Source: the human T2T-CHM13v2.0 reference genome, Homo sapiens. Taken from it: a stretch of 64,000 nucleotides of DNA. Positions 48,356 through 63,937 of the stretch are shown here, one piece after another. Below the pieces are notes generated by a model that searched no databases, had not been told where the DNA came from, and worked only from the letters and a program-made list of their open reading frames with translations. The first letter of the stretch is position 1. Each line of letters starts with the position of its first letter. Location of the stretch: assembly GCF_009914755.1 (NCBI RefSeq), contig NC_060927.1; one strand, 5' to 3'. Made by a program: the position numbers and the translations under genes.

Positions 48356-48645
48356 CTTTTCTTTTTCTTTTTTTTTTTTTTTTTTAAAGAGCCAAGGTCT
48401 CACCCTGTCCTCCAGGATGGAATGCAGTAGCACAATCATAACTCACTGCACTCTGGAACTCCTGGGCTCAAGCAATCCTCCTGCCTCTGCCTCCTGAGTA
48501 GCTGGGACCACAGGCATGCACCATCATGCCTGGCTACTTTTTGTAGAGACTGGGTCTCACTACATTGCCTAGGCTGGCCTCGAACTCTTGGCTTCAAGCA
48601 GTCCTCCCGCCTTGGCCTCCCAAAGTGCTGGGATTACAGGCCTGA
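48356..48645 (-). mobile_element. Alu (AluJ-like)
   Basis: Reverse dimer. Confidence 0.88.
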
Positions 48646-48964
48646 GATCCCTCAATTAGCCAACTCCATTTTATGGATGAAAAAAAATGAGGCACAGAGA
48701 TTAGGTAACCTGCCAAAGGTCCCACAGCTTTTAAGAGGTGAGCCTACAAGTCACTCTACAAGTTTCAAATGTTTTCCCACTCATCTCCTTTCCTAAAGGA
48801 GGTTATATGTAAGACATGGCCTTATATAGCCCCACAGACACAAAACAGGCAACTTTCAGCACTAAATAATCCGCACTATTTTGCATTTGTGCTGCCCATC
48901 AAGTTTGCAAAGTGCTCTGCTCTCTTCTGACGCATTCCAACCATTCAAAAATAACAAGGGTTGC

Positions 48965-49425
48965 CCAATGTCCATGGATGAATGGATAAATAAAACGTGG
49001 TATATACATTCAGTGAAAGGAAATTCTGACACATGCTATAACATGGATGAATGTTGAGGACATTATGCTAAGTGAAATAAGCCAGTAACGAAATGACAAA
49101 TATTGTATGATTCCTCAGTACTTATATGAGGTACCTAGGGTAGTCAAATTCATAGAAATAGAAAACAGAAGTGATGGTTGCCTGAGCTTGGGAGAGGGGA
49201 GGATTGGGGAGTTAGTGTTGAATGGGTACAGTTTCAGTCTGGGAAGATGCAAGGGTTCTAGAGATGGATGGTGGTAAGAGTTGCACAGCAAGTGAATGTG
49301 CATTCACAATGTGAATGCCTTAATGCCATCCTTAAAGAATGGTTAAAATGGGGGAGAGGCAAAAAAGAAAAAAAAGAATGGTAAAAATGGTACATTTTGT
49401 GTTGTATGTACCTTACCACAATTTT
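48965..49425 (+). mobile_element. L1 3' end fragment (L1MA/MB-like)
   Basis: gatgaatggataaa, acatggatgaa, cattatgctaagtgaaataagccag motifs. Confidence 0.85.
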
Positions 49426-49876
49426 CTTAAAGAGGAGAAAAAGAAGGGTTGGGACTGATAGTGATAAAATGACAGGTCCAAAGCCACTGTTAGACCAGTC
49501 AGCACCCAGGGAGCCAGGTAAGCAAGATACACCCTGCTTTTCAGCGTCATTGATTCACATGGGCTCCGCCCTCATCAGACTGCTCCCCTACCATATGCTG
49601 AAGGCCAGATGGACTGGCAGATATGTCAAAGCAGCCTTAAAAACAAGCTTGGGCTCAAGGACAAAAACTCTCAAATCAAAGCCAGTGCCCTGCCCCCAAC
49701 CTGGCACAGAAAACACACATCATGTTCTACCTCTGCTTGGCAGAAATTGGACTTGGTTTTCAAGATCACAGAACTGGATCTGACTCATTGGCTGAAAAAT
49801 GAGCTCATATCAGGAAAAATAAAATCGATGCAAATTTTTAATGAACCAATACAATTTCCACCAGCTCAACAATTAG

Positions 49877-50100
49877 ATTTTTTTTTTTTTTTTTTTTGAG
49901 TCAGGGTCTTGCTCTGTCACCCAGGCTGGAATACAAGAGAGACTTCATGGCTCACTGCAGCCTTGAACTTCTGTGCTCAAGCAATCCTCCTGCTTCAGCC
50001 TCCTAAGGGCTAGGACCACAGGCACATATCACTACATCCAGCTAATTTTAAATTTTTTTTATTTCATATAGAGACAAGATCTCACCATGTTGCCCAGGCT
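49877..50100 (-). mobile_element. Truncated Alu (AluJ-like)
   Basis: Poly-T plus right arm and part of left arm. Confidence 0.85.
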
Positions 50101-53100
50101 GAAATTACAAATCTTTGTAAACTCTTCAAAGAAAATCAAGTGTGGGAGGTTTTTCCCTTTTAAGTACCCTCAACTGAGACACTGGATATTCCAGTGGATA
50201 GATAGACATGGATATTCCAGACACTGGAATAGACAGACATGGATATTCCAGACATAAAAAACCACCACTATGCTATCTTCTTTTTCTCCAAATGGCATAC
50301 GTACTTTTATTTCAAAATATTCACAAAGTTAAGAAAAAGTACAGTACAAATAACTTTTTGCTCTCAACCATTTGAGTGAGTACCTGATGCTCCATCACCC
50401 CCCCAAATACTTTTTGTAGTTGTTATTTCCTACAAATAAGGACCTTCTCTCACATAATAATAATGTAACCATCAAAAGTAGAAAATGCATTGATACATGA
50501 CTATCATGTAATTATCATTATTTCTTTTTTTTGAAAAAAATATGGGATATACATCAAATAGTAAGAGAAGGTACTAGGATTATTTTCTTCTGTCTATTTT
50601 CTAAATTTTCTACAATAAATTCTAATTTTTTAATGAAGCCGAAACCCAAGCTCATGCTGGGATTCCATTGTCAAACACATTATCTCACTTAAATCCTAAG
50701 GCCAACCTCATGAGATAGCCAGGGCTGTTCCCTTGACTGCCAGCATTTCATGAATGAGGATGCAGGGACTCTGGGGACGCAGTGCCTCCTGACTCAAACT
50801 AGAAGGAACTGCTATCTGAAGGAGTCTCTCAGGCACCATTTCCCTGCTGTACATAACCAGAGAGCTTTGTAAATATAAAAAGGAAGCGGGGGGGGGACAA
50901 GAGGAAGAAAACAGGAAGTCCTACTTGGCAGCATCTGGAAGTGGACATCGCCCCCCTCACCATCAGGAAGGTGAGAGGAACATTCACACACAAACAAGCT
51001 CATCCATCTGGCCTGAGCAGCCCACCCTCCACAGAGATGAAATGTGACATCTGTGCCCTGCCTCAGCCTTTGAACATCCTTCCAGTTCCTTCGCTATTGA
51101 CCAACAAGGTCCCTTGGGGTTGAGGGGTAGGAGTTAGATTAGGAATCTAACCTTTTCTACCCTGCTTCTTCCTGCCCACCTGCAAGAAGGAAGGAGATTA
51201 CGGGGAGGGCTTGCAGGCATAAAGCCAGGCAGGATGCTCTCAACATTCATCTTGGGAGCTGCCCATTAAGAGTGACTCACTCATCCCCAGGACCTGGGCA
51301 TCATCTGATTCGACCGATGACTCAGTGCCTTGCCCACAGGACTCAGTAATTGCCCTATTGTCCTCACTAGCCAAGAGAAGGGATGAAGAGATGGAGAGGA
51401 GCCACCATCCACTGCTTCCCAACAGACTAGGAGCCTCCCAGCCAGCTCCCTCCTACCTCTTTTCCCAACAAAGAAGATTTGGGGTGCAGAAGAGCAGGGA
51501 GTGGTGTGAAATCTGCTCCAGGATGTGTCACAGCCAGCTGGGGACCCAACTGCTAAACGGGATTTGAATGAACTCAACCCAGACGAGGCTGGATTTGCCA
51601 GTCATGCCACTCTCCATCTGCTTACCTAGCTACCAGGTGGGAAAGAGGCTGTGAGTAAAGGAGCAACGGAGAGGAAATGCTCATGACTTCAAGGGAGGGC
51701 AGGGGAGGAACCTCTGGTCTGTTGGTGGCTCCCCAACATCATTCACTAGTTTGTTCATTTATTGATTTATACAATATTTGAGCACCTTCTGTATGCTGGC
51801 ATTGCAGATCCAGCAAGGAGCCAAACGAATGAAACTCTCTGCCCTTGCTGAGCTTCACTTACTGTAAACAAGTAAATTATAACAGGTCATATGGGGAGAA
51901 GCCCCACAGGGAAAAAGGAAAGCAAGGCATGGGGGCTGGGGCTGGCAGGGATGGTGGGCTGGGAGTTAACCATTTTAAATGTTAGCCTGAGAAGGCCTCA
52001 TGGATAAAGGGATAGACATTTGAGCAGAAACCTGAAGATGAGGAAATCGGGCTATGAAAATACCAGGACATCGCCAAACAGAGGGACACCACCAAACAGA
52101 GGGAAAGGCAAGTCCAAAGACCTGAGGCAGGAGCACGTTTCACATCAGCACAGCCAAGGGAGTGACCTGAATCAGAGGACCAGCCTTGAGAAACCCCAAC
52201 ACAAAGCCCCCTAGAGCCATCTCTGCCCCCAAACCTGAGCTCAGGGACCAGACAAGGAAAACTTCAGGTAGAGAAGCCACTGCCGCGACTCCAGTGGGAT
52301 GCTTCAACAGACCATCCTTCAATCACTCTGCAGCATGGGCACGTGGGCTGCTTTTAATAGATACGCGTGGGCTAAATGGCATCACAGAACCATAAATCCC
52401 AGTGTTAAAGACTTTCAGGAAAGGAGGTTTTCTGAATTCCTCGATATTTATCCAATGTTTAAATTAAATCCTCAGAAGCTTCTCCTCAAACCTAACCTGA
52501 ACCCTCCATACTTCCGTTTCAGGTCAAGAATGATACAACCTTGGCCTACAGTGGGTAGGACACATCCTCAACTTGGGGGGCATCTCAAAGATTAATCCAA
52601 CGTGGACACTTTGGAGGGGGAATGCCTCAGGGTGCTGGAATCTGTGGGAATTGGAAAGTGCTTTTTGGAGAAGGGTTTCTTCTCCCGGGAATTCTAGAGG
52701 CCTGGGCAGGGCCCAGCTGGAGATGGAAAAAGGGAGTGGCTGCTGCTCAGGGCTTGTGCAGACCAACGAGCAATCAGAACTTTGAAGTATACAGCCCAAT
52801 GCACCAGGCCAGGGAAGAAAGAAGGGTTTCAGGCAGCCACTCTGTCTAGGAATAAAGGCAACATATCTGGCAAGGTCCAACCAGGAACTTCAGCTCAGGG
52901 TTCAGAGCATAAAACCCAAACACACAGGTACGATCTTGGTAGAACTCCCAAAGCAGCAAGGGGCTCCCTTGAAGAGAAATGAGAGGTGCATGGAAATAGG
53001 AAAAAGAAGAGGAATGGTTAAGTCCTGGCCCTCATTCTCTATGGGTCTATCTTAATATATTCCTAGATTTCTGGGACTTAATTTCCAAAGGGTCCATCCT

Positions 53101-53105
53101 ACTGA

Positions 53106-53497
<392 letters not shown>

Positions 53498-54056
53498 CAC
53501 TAAACATCTTCTTACAAGTGGACACTTTTGAAGGCAGCATCTTCCATCATGTCATAAACACACCACAGGGACAGCACTGGGTCATTTGCTAGTGAACTAC
53601 AATTTGGACCAACTGCTTAGATCTTCTTGGGAAATCTGAACTCTCATCTCAAGAGGCATCACAGGGTTGGTGATTCACATTAGCTCTCTAATCGGGAAGC
53701 CGAAGCAGGCTGAGGAAGGTGAATAAAGCCCCCAGCCCAGAGCCTGCCACACAGCAGGTACTAGTAACTGTTGAGGGCTCTTTACCTTCCCCATTCACAG
53801 GGCCTGGCTATCAGAGGCTGCAGGTGACACAAGTGGCACATCGCGTCACACAGCAGCCAAAGGAAGACCAACTCCTAAACCAGAACCCATTTCCACGCAG
53901 CCCCCAGCAATCGCCTGATCACAGTCCCCTCCGCCACTCCCCTTCTGGTCTCCGTTTCACTGCTTCTTATTTGGGCTCTCAGGACAAAGAACCAAAGTTT
54001 CAGCAGGACGATGGCCACGGAAGTCAGAATCCGCTAAGGAGTGTATAACAACTCAC

Positions 54057-54065
54057 CTGCCAAAT
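54057..54065 (-). other. SH3BP5: Candidate 9-nt in-frame microexon (ATTTGGCAG, I-W-Q) or recursive splice site
   Basis: ~35-nt pyrimidine tract, taag|, 9 nt, then CAG|GTGAGT. Confidence 0.45.
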
Positions 54066-54485
54066 CTTAAAAAGGAAAAAAAAAAAAAGAAAAAGAAGAA
54101 GAACCGATGTTTCAAGAGAAGCAGAAGGCTAAACACTCCCAAGAGTGAGGCGAACGCGAGGCAGTAAGCGAATCTTCCTACTGCTGTCTGACAGGTTGTC
54201 ATTAGGAGCGGAGGAGGAACACCCTCTGGACACGTCCCCTTAAGTGCACTCAGCACCAACTCAGGGAGAGCACCCACTTGCAGGGTCATCCAAATGCCAG
54301 CACTCACACCCTATTAATAGTGTCGAGCACTGGAATGAAGCAGATTGCGGGGCGGTGGGTCACTGCATTTAAGACATATTGGACTCGAGCTTCTAACCTT
54401 CAGCAGGTGATACAGTCAAAGGCACCCTTAAAACTGAGGGGTAGTGAGGCTCGAGGTAGGGGAGACATCTATGGGGCTATCTTAC

Positions 54486-54614
54486 CTGCCTCGCCACCCT
54501 CCGTGCCTCCCAGTAGGGCTTGGAGTCTTCCACAGCTTTGCCAATTTTCTTCACCAGTTCATCCAGTTTCACCGTTGCTTCAACCAGAACAGAGCGGAAC
54601 TTCTGACGAGCATC
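54486..54614 (-). CDS. SH3BP5: SH3BP5 exon (DARQKFRSVLVEATVKLDELVKKIGKAVEDSKPYWEARRVARQ); exon 3 by recalled numbering
   Basis: cag| acceptor, CAG|GTAAG donor, 129 nt, phase 0/0; joins the exon at 20295 across a 34,190-nt intron. Confidence 0.95.
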
Positions 54615-54761
54615 CTGCAGCCAGGGGAAACCGAGGAAACACAGTTGAGGCTTAAGAAGGGATCTGCAAACACCTACTGGACCTAGACAGAAACATCAAC
54701 AAAGGACTTTACCCAACGTACAGACCCCTAAAGTAGCACCTTTACAAGACAGTGTCTAGAG

Positions 54762-55578
54762 CAGCACCGCCCAAAACAGCTTCCTGCCACGGCGGAAACG
54801 TCCTGTGCTCTGCACAGTGCAGTGTGGCGGCCACCAGCCACGTGTGGCTACTGAGCACTTAAAACTGGCCGGTGTGACTGAGGAAAGGAGTTTTTAGTTT
54901 ATTTAATTTTAATCAGCTCGGGTGTGGTAGCTCACGCCTGTAATCCCAGCACTTTGGGAGGCCGAGGCAGGCCCATCACTTGAGGTCAGGAGTTGGAGAC
55001 CAGCCTGGCCAACATGGCAAAACCCCATCTCTACTAAAAATACAAAAATTAGCCAGGCGTGGTAGCAGGTACCTGCTGTCCCAGCCACTCAGGAGGCTGG
55101 GGCACAAGAATCTCTTGAACCCAGGAGACAGAGCTTGTGGTGAGCCAAGATCATGCCACTGCACTCCAGCCTGGGTGACAGAGCACGACTCTGTCTCAAA
55201 AAAAAAAAAAAAAAAAGCTTAGTAAGCAACAACAACGCAAAGTTTCTGAGCACCTACTGTGTATGTGCACAACATGCTGTGCACTGTGGGGGAGATATCG
55301 GTAGGATGGACCCTTTGGAAATTAAGCCCGTCTCTACTAAAAATACAAAAATTAGCCGGGCATAGTGGGGGACACCTGTAATCCCAGCTACTCAGGAGGC
55401 TGAGGCAGGACAATCATTTGAATCAGGAGGCAGAGGTTGCAGTGAGCCGAGATCGTGCCACTGCACTGCAGCCTGGGTGACAGAGTGAGACACTGTCTCA
55501 AAAAAAAAAAAAATTAATTCATTATATTTAAAATTTTTTAATTAACATGGCTAGCAACTACTATATTGCATAGCATGG
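54762..55578. mobile_element. MER3-like element interrupted by a composite Alu block (54916-55512)
   Basis: MER3-like sequence stops near 54915 and resumes near 55513. Confidence 0.75.
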
Positions 55579-56458
55579 TATAGATTAAAAAGCTTTGTCC
55601 AGGACCTCTGGACAGCATGTTGTCAAAGCTCAGGACTTTAATCAGAGACATAGATTCAACACTGACCAAACCTCTATCTGGGGAAGAATGTCCAGCCATC
55701 TCTGACAGCTTCAGTCCAAATGATGCTGTCAATGTTAAACACTGAGTGCAAATTTATTTATTTATTTACCACATGCCAGACCTGGTGCTGGGCCTTGGGC
55801 GTGGCCCTGTCTCCAGGGCACTTACAGCCTGGTGGGTGAGGTAGGTATTACAGCCCGTTCCAGAAAAGTCAGTGCCAGGGTGGGAATGGTCCAGTCGCCA
55901 TGGAACTCAGCAGGGAAGAATGGCGCCAGACCATGTATTAGAGGGAGAGTCACAGGAAACTTCCAGAGGAGTACTATCTAAACAGAAGTCCAAAGCATGA
56001 ATAGGAAATTGGGGGAGGGGAGGAAAATACTGAGTCCCAAGCAGGCAGCAGAGCCTGTGTCCAGATAAGAGGGGAATGGGAACAGCATGGTGTCTGCAAG
56101 AAACTGAAGGAGGCCGGAGGTCTGGAATGTGGAGAATGGCAAGAGATAAGGGTGGCCATCCATCCTGGCGACAGCAACTAGCAACTTGGACCTTGATAGG
56201 AGTTAGGAAGGCAAAGAAGGACTGTGCAAGGCTTAATCATGTTGTAAAAGTCAAGAAACCAGATCCAAGAGGTATAAGGAGAGAAAAAAAAAATTAAATA
56301 AGTTAGTCCCAGGTCTAGGAGGACCTATTGGAAGGGATCAGGTCAGTGATTCAAACCCCACATCCCCTCTACCTCTCCCTCAGGCATCTGCCTGACAAAG
56401 CCACACCTAGGGGAAGGAAGGACACATGCATGAGTTTAAAAAAAAAAGAGAAATGGCA

Positions 56459-56920
<462 letters not shown>

Positions 56921-57043
56921 AAAGGGGAAGTGGATACTCCAAAAGAACAACACATGATCATGAGCTATGGGCCTGGAGACTCAACACCCACCTGCTGGTA
57001 AAACATGTGTTTCATTGGCTAGAGGGGCCTGCCTCACAAGTAA

Positions 57044-57356
<313 letters not shown>

Positions 57357-59720
57357 ACATTTTATTTCTAAACATGTAATTGCAGGGGTTTCATGGGGGC
57401 AAAGGAGGCTCTGATCAGTTCTAATTCATTCCATCATCCCAAGCTGTTGGCTTGCTAGTGGGTTTGAAAACGCCGCCGGCATTCCAAAATATGAGGATAA
57501 AAGCTTTACCTCCCATGGGAGCACCTCAGCTCCCGAGCCTGGATCCCATGTCCAACACAGGCTTTGCCCCCTTTCCCCTGGTTCTGTGCCATCATCATCA
57601 TCCTGATTTCCTCTGCCTTCTCCCTTATCAGACCAGGCTTAGGGTCATCCGCTGCAGCTTCTACAGGCAGAAGACAAGACTAGACTTGTTCTCCAGGGGA
57701 AGGGCCCAAGGAATAGAGAAGCCCCACAGAGCTTCTACAGGACTTGGCTTCCAATAAGAGGGAAGCAGCATGCTGTCAAAGCCCAGGATTTTAATCAGAA
57801 ACACAGATTCACTGCTGACTAAAGCTCTTTCTGCAAGGCCCTAATCAGGGCCGTCTCTATGAACCATTTGTATTACCTATAAAATTGTTACTTTCCATCC
57901 CATAGGGAGGGCTCTTAGAAGGAATCAAGGAGAATACAAATGTAAAACATTTAACAATTTCTGGGCACACAGTCAGTGCTCAATAAATGCATACAATTTT
58001 TTTCCTCCTGGTATAAAAAGAGACCCTGAGACCCTATTAAAAACCACCCAGGGAGTTTCCCAGAGGCGAGGGCAGCTGACACGGTGGACATAATAACCTG
58101 TTCCACTGTGCAGGCAGCCGCTCTGCAAGATGCACTCGCATGCATGACCGCATCCTCACGGTCACCTCCCTGGTGGTGGCCAGTGCCAGTGCTGTCCACA
58201 TTCACACCAGTGAGAAAACGGAGGGCCAGATCGGTTAGCGTGTGGCCTACAGCCGGTCACATCAACCCCCAGGCCTACTCTGTTAAATGAGAATTGAGCC
58301 CCAAAGCAGTGGCCTACGGGCCAATAAGCTTAGTACATTTGGCTGATATGCTGTGTAGTAAACGTCAGGGAAAATTCACATTTAAAAAAAAAATGAATTC
58401 TCAAACTTTTCATTTAAAGAAAAAAAATAGCTAGAAGCAGAGCAGAAGGTGCCCCCTTAGGCAGGGGTTACCCTCCTCTCCAGTCCCTATCACTCTGGTG
58501 TCTGAATCACTCATTCAGGTTCCCTGCCCAGCCGCTAAAGATATCTGATTTGCTGAGAGCTCTCTGGGGCACTGGTGAATACAACCCACCAACGCTGCCT
58601 TTGTGGAGAAAGAAGGATGGATACAGGGCACAGACTGACTGACTGCTATGTGGCAGGCACTACTGTCAGTGCTTTAACCCCACCAATTTGTGCAATCGCT
58701 AACAATCCTAACAGGTAGGTGCTATTGTTGTTATTCACATTTTATAAAGGAGGAAATAGAGGCAAGGAAAAGAAAGGTAACTTGCCCATGGTCACAGAGC
58801 TGGGAAATGGCAGAGTGAACAATTAAACTCAAGCAGTGCTAAGACTACTTACACACGTTGAGCAACAGACACACGGCTGAGAAGGCCACCCAACCCAAGT
58901 CAGACATGAAGAAAGAGGATTCCACCAGACAGAGAAGGGGGACATTCGACCCTCCAGCACGGACGGACGGGCTGGCCTGGTAGGGGCTGGAGCAAGGACG
59001 CCTCCTGGCCATTATAAAGGCATCTGAACTCAATCCCATGAACAATGGGAGGGCATGGCACAGTGGGGAGAAGGGGAGATTACTTCTTGTTTCTTTCTTT
59101 GCAGAAGATTTTCTGGTGCTAGTTCATCACTGAAATTCTGTCTCCCTCTGCTATTCTCTACTTGCCATTTCTCTTCCTTTGGCCATAAATCACATCTCAA
59201 AATCAAACCTTTTAACTTAGTTCTATGTGATGGGTTTTCTTCCCATAGGGTTACTTAAGTCTCAAGTAATTTATTTCCAATGCACCCTTTGTCAGAAATA
59301 ATTAAAGAATGCATTCTACCACAAAAAGGAAACATAATCATAGTTTACTAGATGGCTCAACTGTGAATAGCACTTACCTAGCTGCAATAAAGTAATCAAA
59401 TACTGACCACAATGGATTCTGCTGAGAAGACAGCAGATGGGAAAAGTACAGGACAGAGGGTGAAAAGAGACAAAACCTCATCTTCCATAGCAGGATGTCC
59501 ACAGATAGTCACTCAAATGAAAAAAATCAAGAAGTAGTCACACAATACATACTACTTGGTCATAGAAATAAATACCTCCATCAGCTAAAATACATTAAAC
59601 TAATATAGTTAACTGGCTAGGGGAGAAAAAAACAGGGGTAGGGTGGGAGAATGGGATAGTATAGGGCTTTTTGTTTGATTTTGTGTTTTTGTTTTTGGGG
59701 GTTTTTTGGGTTTTTGTTTT

Positions 59721-59753
59721 CACTCGATCTTAGCCAAAAGGCCGAGAATCGAT
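59721..59753 (-). pseudogene. 3'-truncated U2 snRNA retrocopy (first 33 nt)
   Basis: - strand ATCGATTCTCGGCCTTTTGGCTAAGATCGAGTG, 31/33 to recalled U2 5' end; flanked by gggtttttgt repeats. Confidence 0.9.
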
Positions 59754-59769
59754 GGGGTTTTTGTCTTCT

Positions 59770-59925
59770 TAAGAGACAGAGTCTTGCTATGATGCCCAGG
59801 CTGGAGTATGGTGGCTATTCACAGGCATGATCATATCACACTGTGGCCTCAAACTCCTGGGCTCAAGGGATCCTCCTGCCCTTTCCAAGTAGCTGGGACT
59901 ACAGGTGTACAACACCATGCCTGCT
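59770..59925 (-). mobile_element. FAM (fossil Alu monomer)
   Basis: Monomer retaining the 7SL-type ggctattcacaggc segment. Confidence 0.8.
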
Positions 59926-61590
59926 TTTTTGTTTTCAACTGTAAAATATCATAGATTTTTCTAAGCAGGGGCATGACCTGATCAAATTTAGGTTTTACAA
60001 AATTGTTACCTGGGTGCAGAGTATGTTAAAAGACTCCTCAGGTGATTCTGATGGGCAGGTTCAGGGCCTGCCAGTCTGACTTGATGCCCTTTTTGTGACT
60101 ATCTGTACTAAGTGTGTGACCATCAAAGGGTATTAAACCCAGAAGACTTGATTTGACATCAGCGTTTCCTTCTATAAATGAGGCTGTGCTGCCAGGAATG
60201 ATGCATGACTGGCTGACTTCCAACCACCAACAAGCCTATTCATCAAAGATGCATTGAAACTGAACACAAAGCCAGTCTTCCCCGCTCCACCCCCCCCCCA
60301 TAAGAAAAAGCCCACCCAGTTGTTTCCATTCCACTGAGGATCACAGCTACTTGGGTAACAGTTCCCAGAAGTATTGAGGTATGAGAGGCCACAAACCAAA
60401 ATCTTTCCTGTCTCCCCAGTGTTACAGCCGTAATATTCCTTGGTCCTCACCCCCACCTCTCAGTCCCTAGTGATGTGACAGGGCCTGGCCACAGTCATAC
60501 TCCTAGCCACAGTGATTGTTCGATGAGCAGGGGCGATAGACATGACCCATCATAACCAATGAGACTTCATTTCGGGACCTTTCTGCAACTGTTAGAGGAA
60601 ATTTCTTCCACTTGAGATGTTTAAGAGGATGGAATGAAAGCCTGCAGCAGATAGCAGCCATCCTGGCATCATGAGGGGAGAGCCTGACAATAAAGCCATG
60701 TGTATAAGGAGCAGAGTCTGTGGAATTTAGTTCAACCTAGCTTTTATAAAGCATTTCTTTCAATACATCTTAAAACCACCTTGCCACAATTGAACTTAGA
60801 CTTTCTGTCTTGTTTCTTAAAGAAAAGACTTGACTGTGATTCTTTGTCTCCTGCAATTACAAGCAAATGTGTTTTCCAAGATCAGAGTGGGGGTGGCTTC
60901 AGGAATGTCCAGGGAGGAGAGTAAGCTGACTGCTTTCCCTGCAGAAAATGAGCCATGGAGGTGAGTGGCTCAAAAGTACAAACTTATCTGAGAGAGCAAG
61001 CAGATCTTCCACCAGTCAAGAAAAAGAATCCGTTTACCATCCCAGGGCTGTTTACCAAGGGAGTTTTTAGATCAGCACTTGAAAGAGTTCTTAAACAGTT
61101 CCCTCTGCTTGGAGGAGGCCTCAGCTCTTCAAATGTGAAAATTGTGTTTCATCCATTAGGTGACTCAGACTGAAGGTAATTTATTCAAGCAAAGAATTGC
61201 TGGGGGTGGTAGAGTCTCCCTGTTTGACTGTGTCAGTGTGTCAGACAAACAGCCTTGTGTCAGATAAGAGCTCAAGCTAAACCACACCAGCCAGCACCAG
61301 TATACAGTGGAAGCAGCATGCAGGTTGAACATGAAGCACACAGGATGAGTCCCTGTTTTCTGGCCAATCGCTCACCTGCTCACCTCAATTACCTTGCCTG
61401 GAAACTGAGAATCCTGGCTTTTCCTCTTCACAGGTGTCCCCAGAATTAAGTGAGATAAAGATGGGATGGTGATGTTTTAAAAATAACTGTCCTACATGTT
61501 AGAGACGACACCAAACTTCAAAAGATCCTTACTAATGCCATTTACAAGTATACCACTTTCAGTTGGCAGAAAGAGGTTTCCCAGGCATTA

Positions 61591-61986
<396 letters not shown>

Positions 61987-62040
61987 CTAATGTCTTTGCA
62001 TAAAGTCACAGGACTATCAAGTGTCAAGCGTTAGATGTAA

Positions 62041-62353
<313 letters not shown>

Positions 62354-62391
62354 ATCTTCAGTCTTCTAGTCCAGTGTGCCAGTCACTTCAC

Positions 62392-62900
62392 CAGTGGTTC
62401 TCAGAGTGTGGTCTGGCGAAACCACTGGTGGGGGTGGGGGTGGGGCACCTGGAAACCTTTTCAAGGAGTCTGCAAGATGGAAGCCATTTTCATTAATAAA
62501 GACTTGCCATTTTCACTGTCATTCTGAGCGTTCAGTAGAGTTTTCCAGAAGCTACCTGACAGGTGACATGGCAAGAAATGACATGAAATGCAGAAGTAGG
62601 TGAGAGAATCCAGCTCTTCTATTAAGCCAGACATTAAAAAGACTTGCGAAAGCATGTACAACAATTACTCTTTCATTGAATTTTCTGTTTGGAAAAATAG
62701 TCCTTTTCCATAAAATATATTATTTTTGTTAACATGTAATAGGCTGATTGTCATCTTAATGAATATAGACCTTAGAAATAAATGTCTTTTGATTTTTATA
62801 TGGCAAATATTAATATTATCCACAAAAACAAAGCTCTCTGGGGTACTCAATGATTACCAAGAATGTGAAGGGGGACCTGCAGCCAAAAAATCTCCAGTGT
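62392..62900. mobile_element. Charlie1-like hAT fragment
   Basis: cagtggttctcagagtgtggtc start; ttccagaagctac, attaagccagacattaaa motifs. Confidence 0.7.
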
Positions 62901-63323
62901 GCTGCACTCCACCTGCCCTCAGGCCTGCTCTACATAAACCCCTCTTGAACCAAAGACAAGAGTGTACTTTCAATAAGAATGAAGCAGTTGTTGCTTCTCA
63001 GATCTTTTTTAAATGCTTCTGATTTTGTCAGGGAGAAAGACTCCATTTGGTACCACAATGTCTTCAGCACCTGTATACGTTTGTTAATCTCTTTCTTAAA
63101 GAAAAGGGAAGCTAATCCAGGCTCAGAGCCTTCCATAAAGAGGGGAATCTGCTAGAATTTGATAAGGAAAACAATCCACCAGAAACAACATAACATTACT
63201 CTGAAAGTCATAAGTTGTACCCTGACAAGGTGGGCACTTCCTATATATATATTATTCTTTAAAAAAAACACCTGCTTAAAAAATGTATTTTCCTTTGATG
63301 GTTTTCCATTTATAATAAGGCTA

Positions 63324-63648
<325 letters not shown>

Positions 63649-63894
63649 TTCTGAAGTAAAAACATGAACCAATTTAAAAGACAACGTGGAATAAATAGCA
63701 CATGCAGTCCTAGGATGTGGCAAAAATGATGGCGGCAGCAGCAGAATAACTGGAGTTAGGGAAATCCAGCCCTAGAATGATAGCAAAGTCTCCATTAGCA
63801 GGAACATACTAGAATTCTATGATAAAAGGCACTATGAAAACATCCTGACTTACTGGCCAGTGGTAAAGGCAACTGAAATGTTCCATTCACTATC

Positions 63895-63937
63895 ACTTTT
63901 AATGGCAAAAACCACAATTACTTTTGCACCAACCTAA
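63895..63937. mobile_element. Half MADE1 (Hsmar1-derived MITE)
   Basis: aatggcaaaaaccacaattacttttgcaccaacctaa followed by ta. Confidence 0.85.

Noticed and set aside
59770-59925. 7SL RNA gene
   Set aside because: Lacks the S domain; matches a diverged FAM monomer
63895-63937. miR-548-like hairpin
   Set aside because: Only one arm of MADE1 is present, so no hairpin can form
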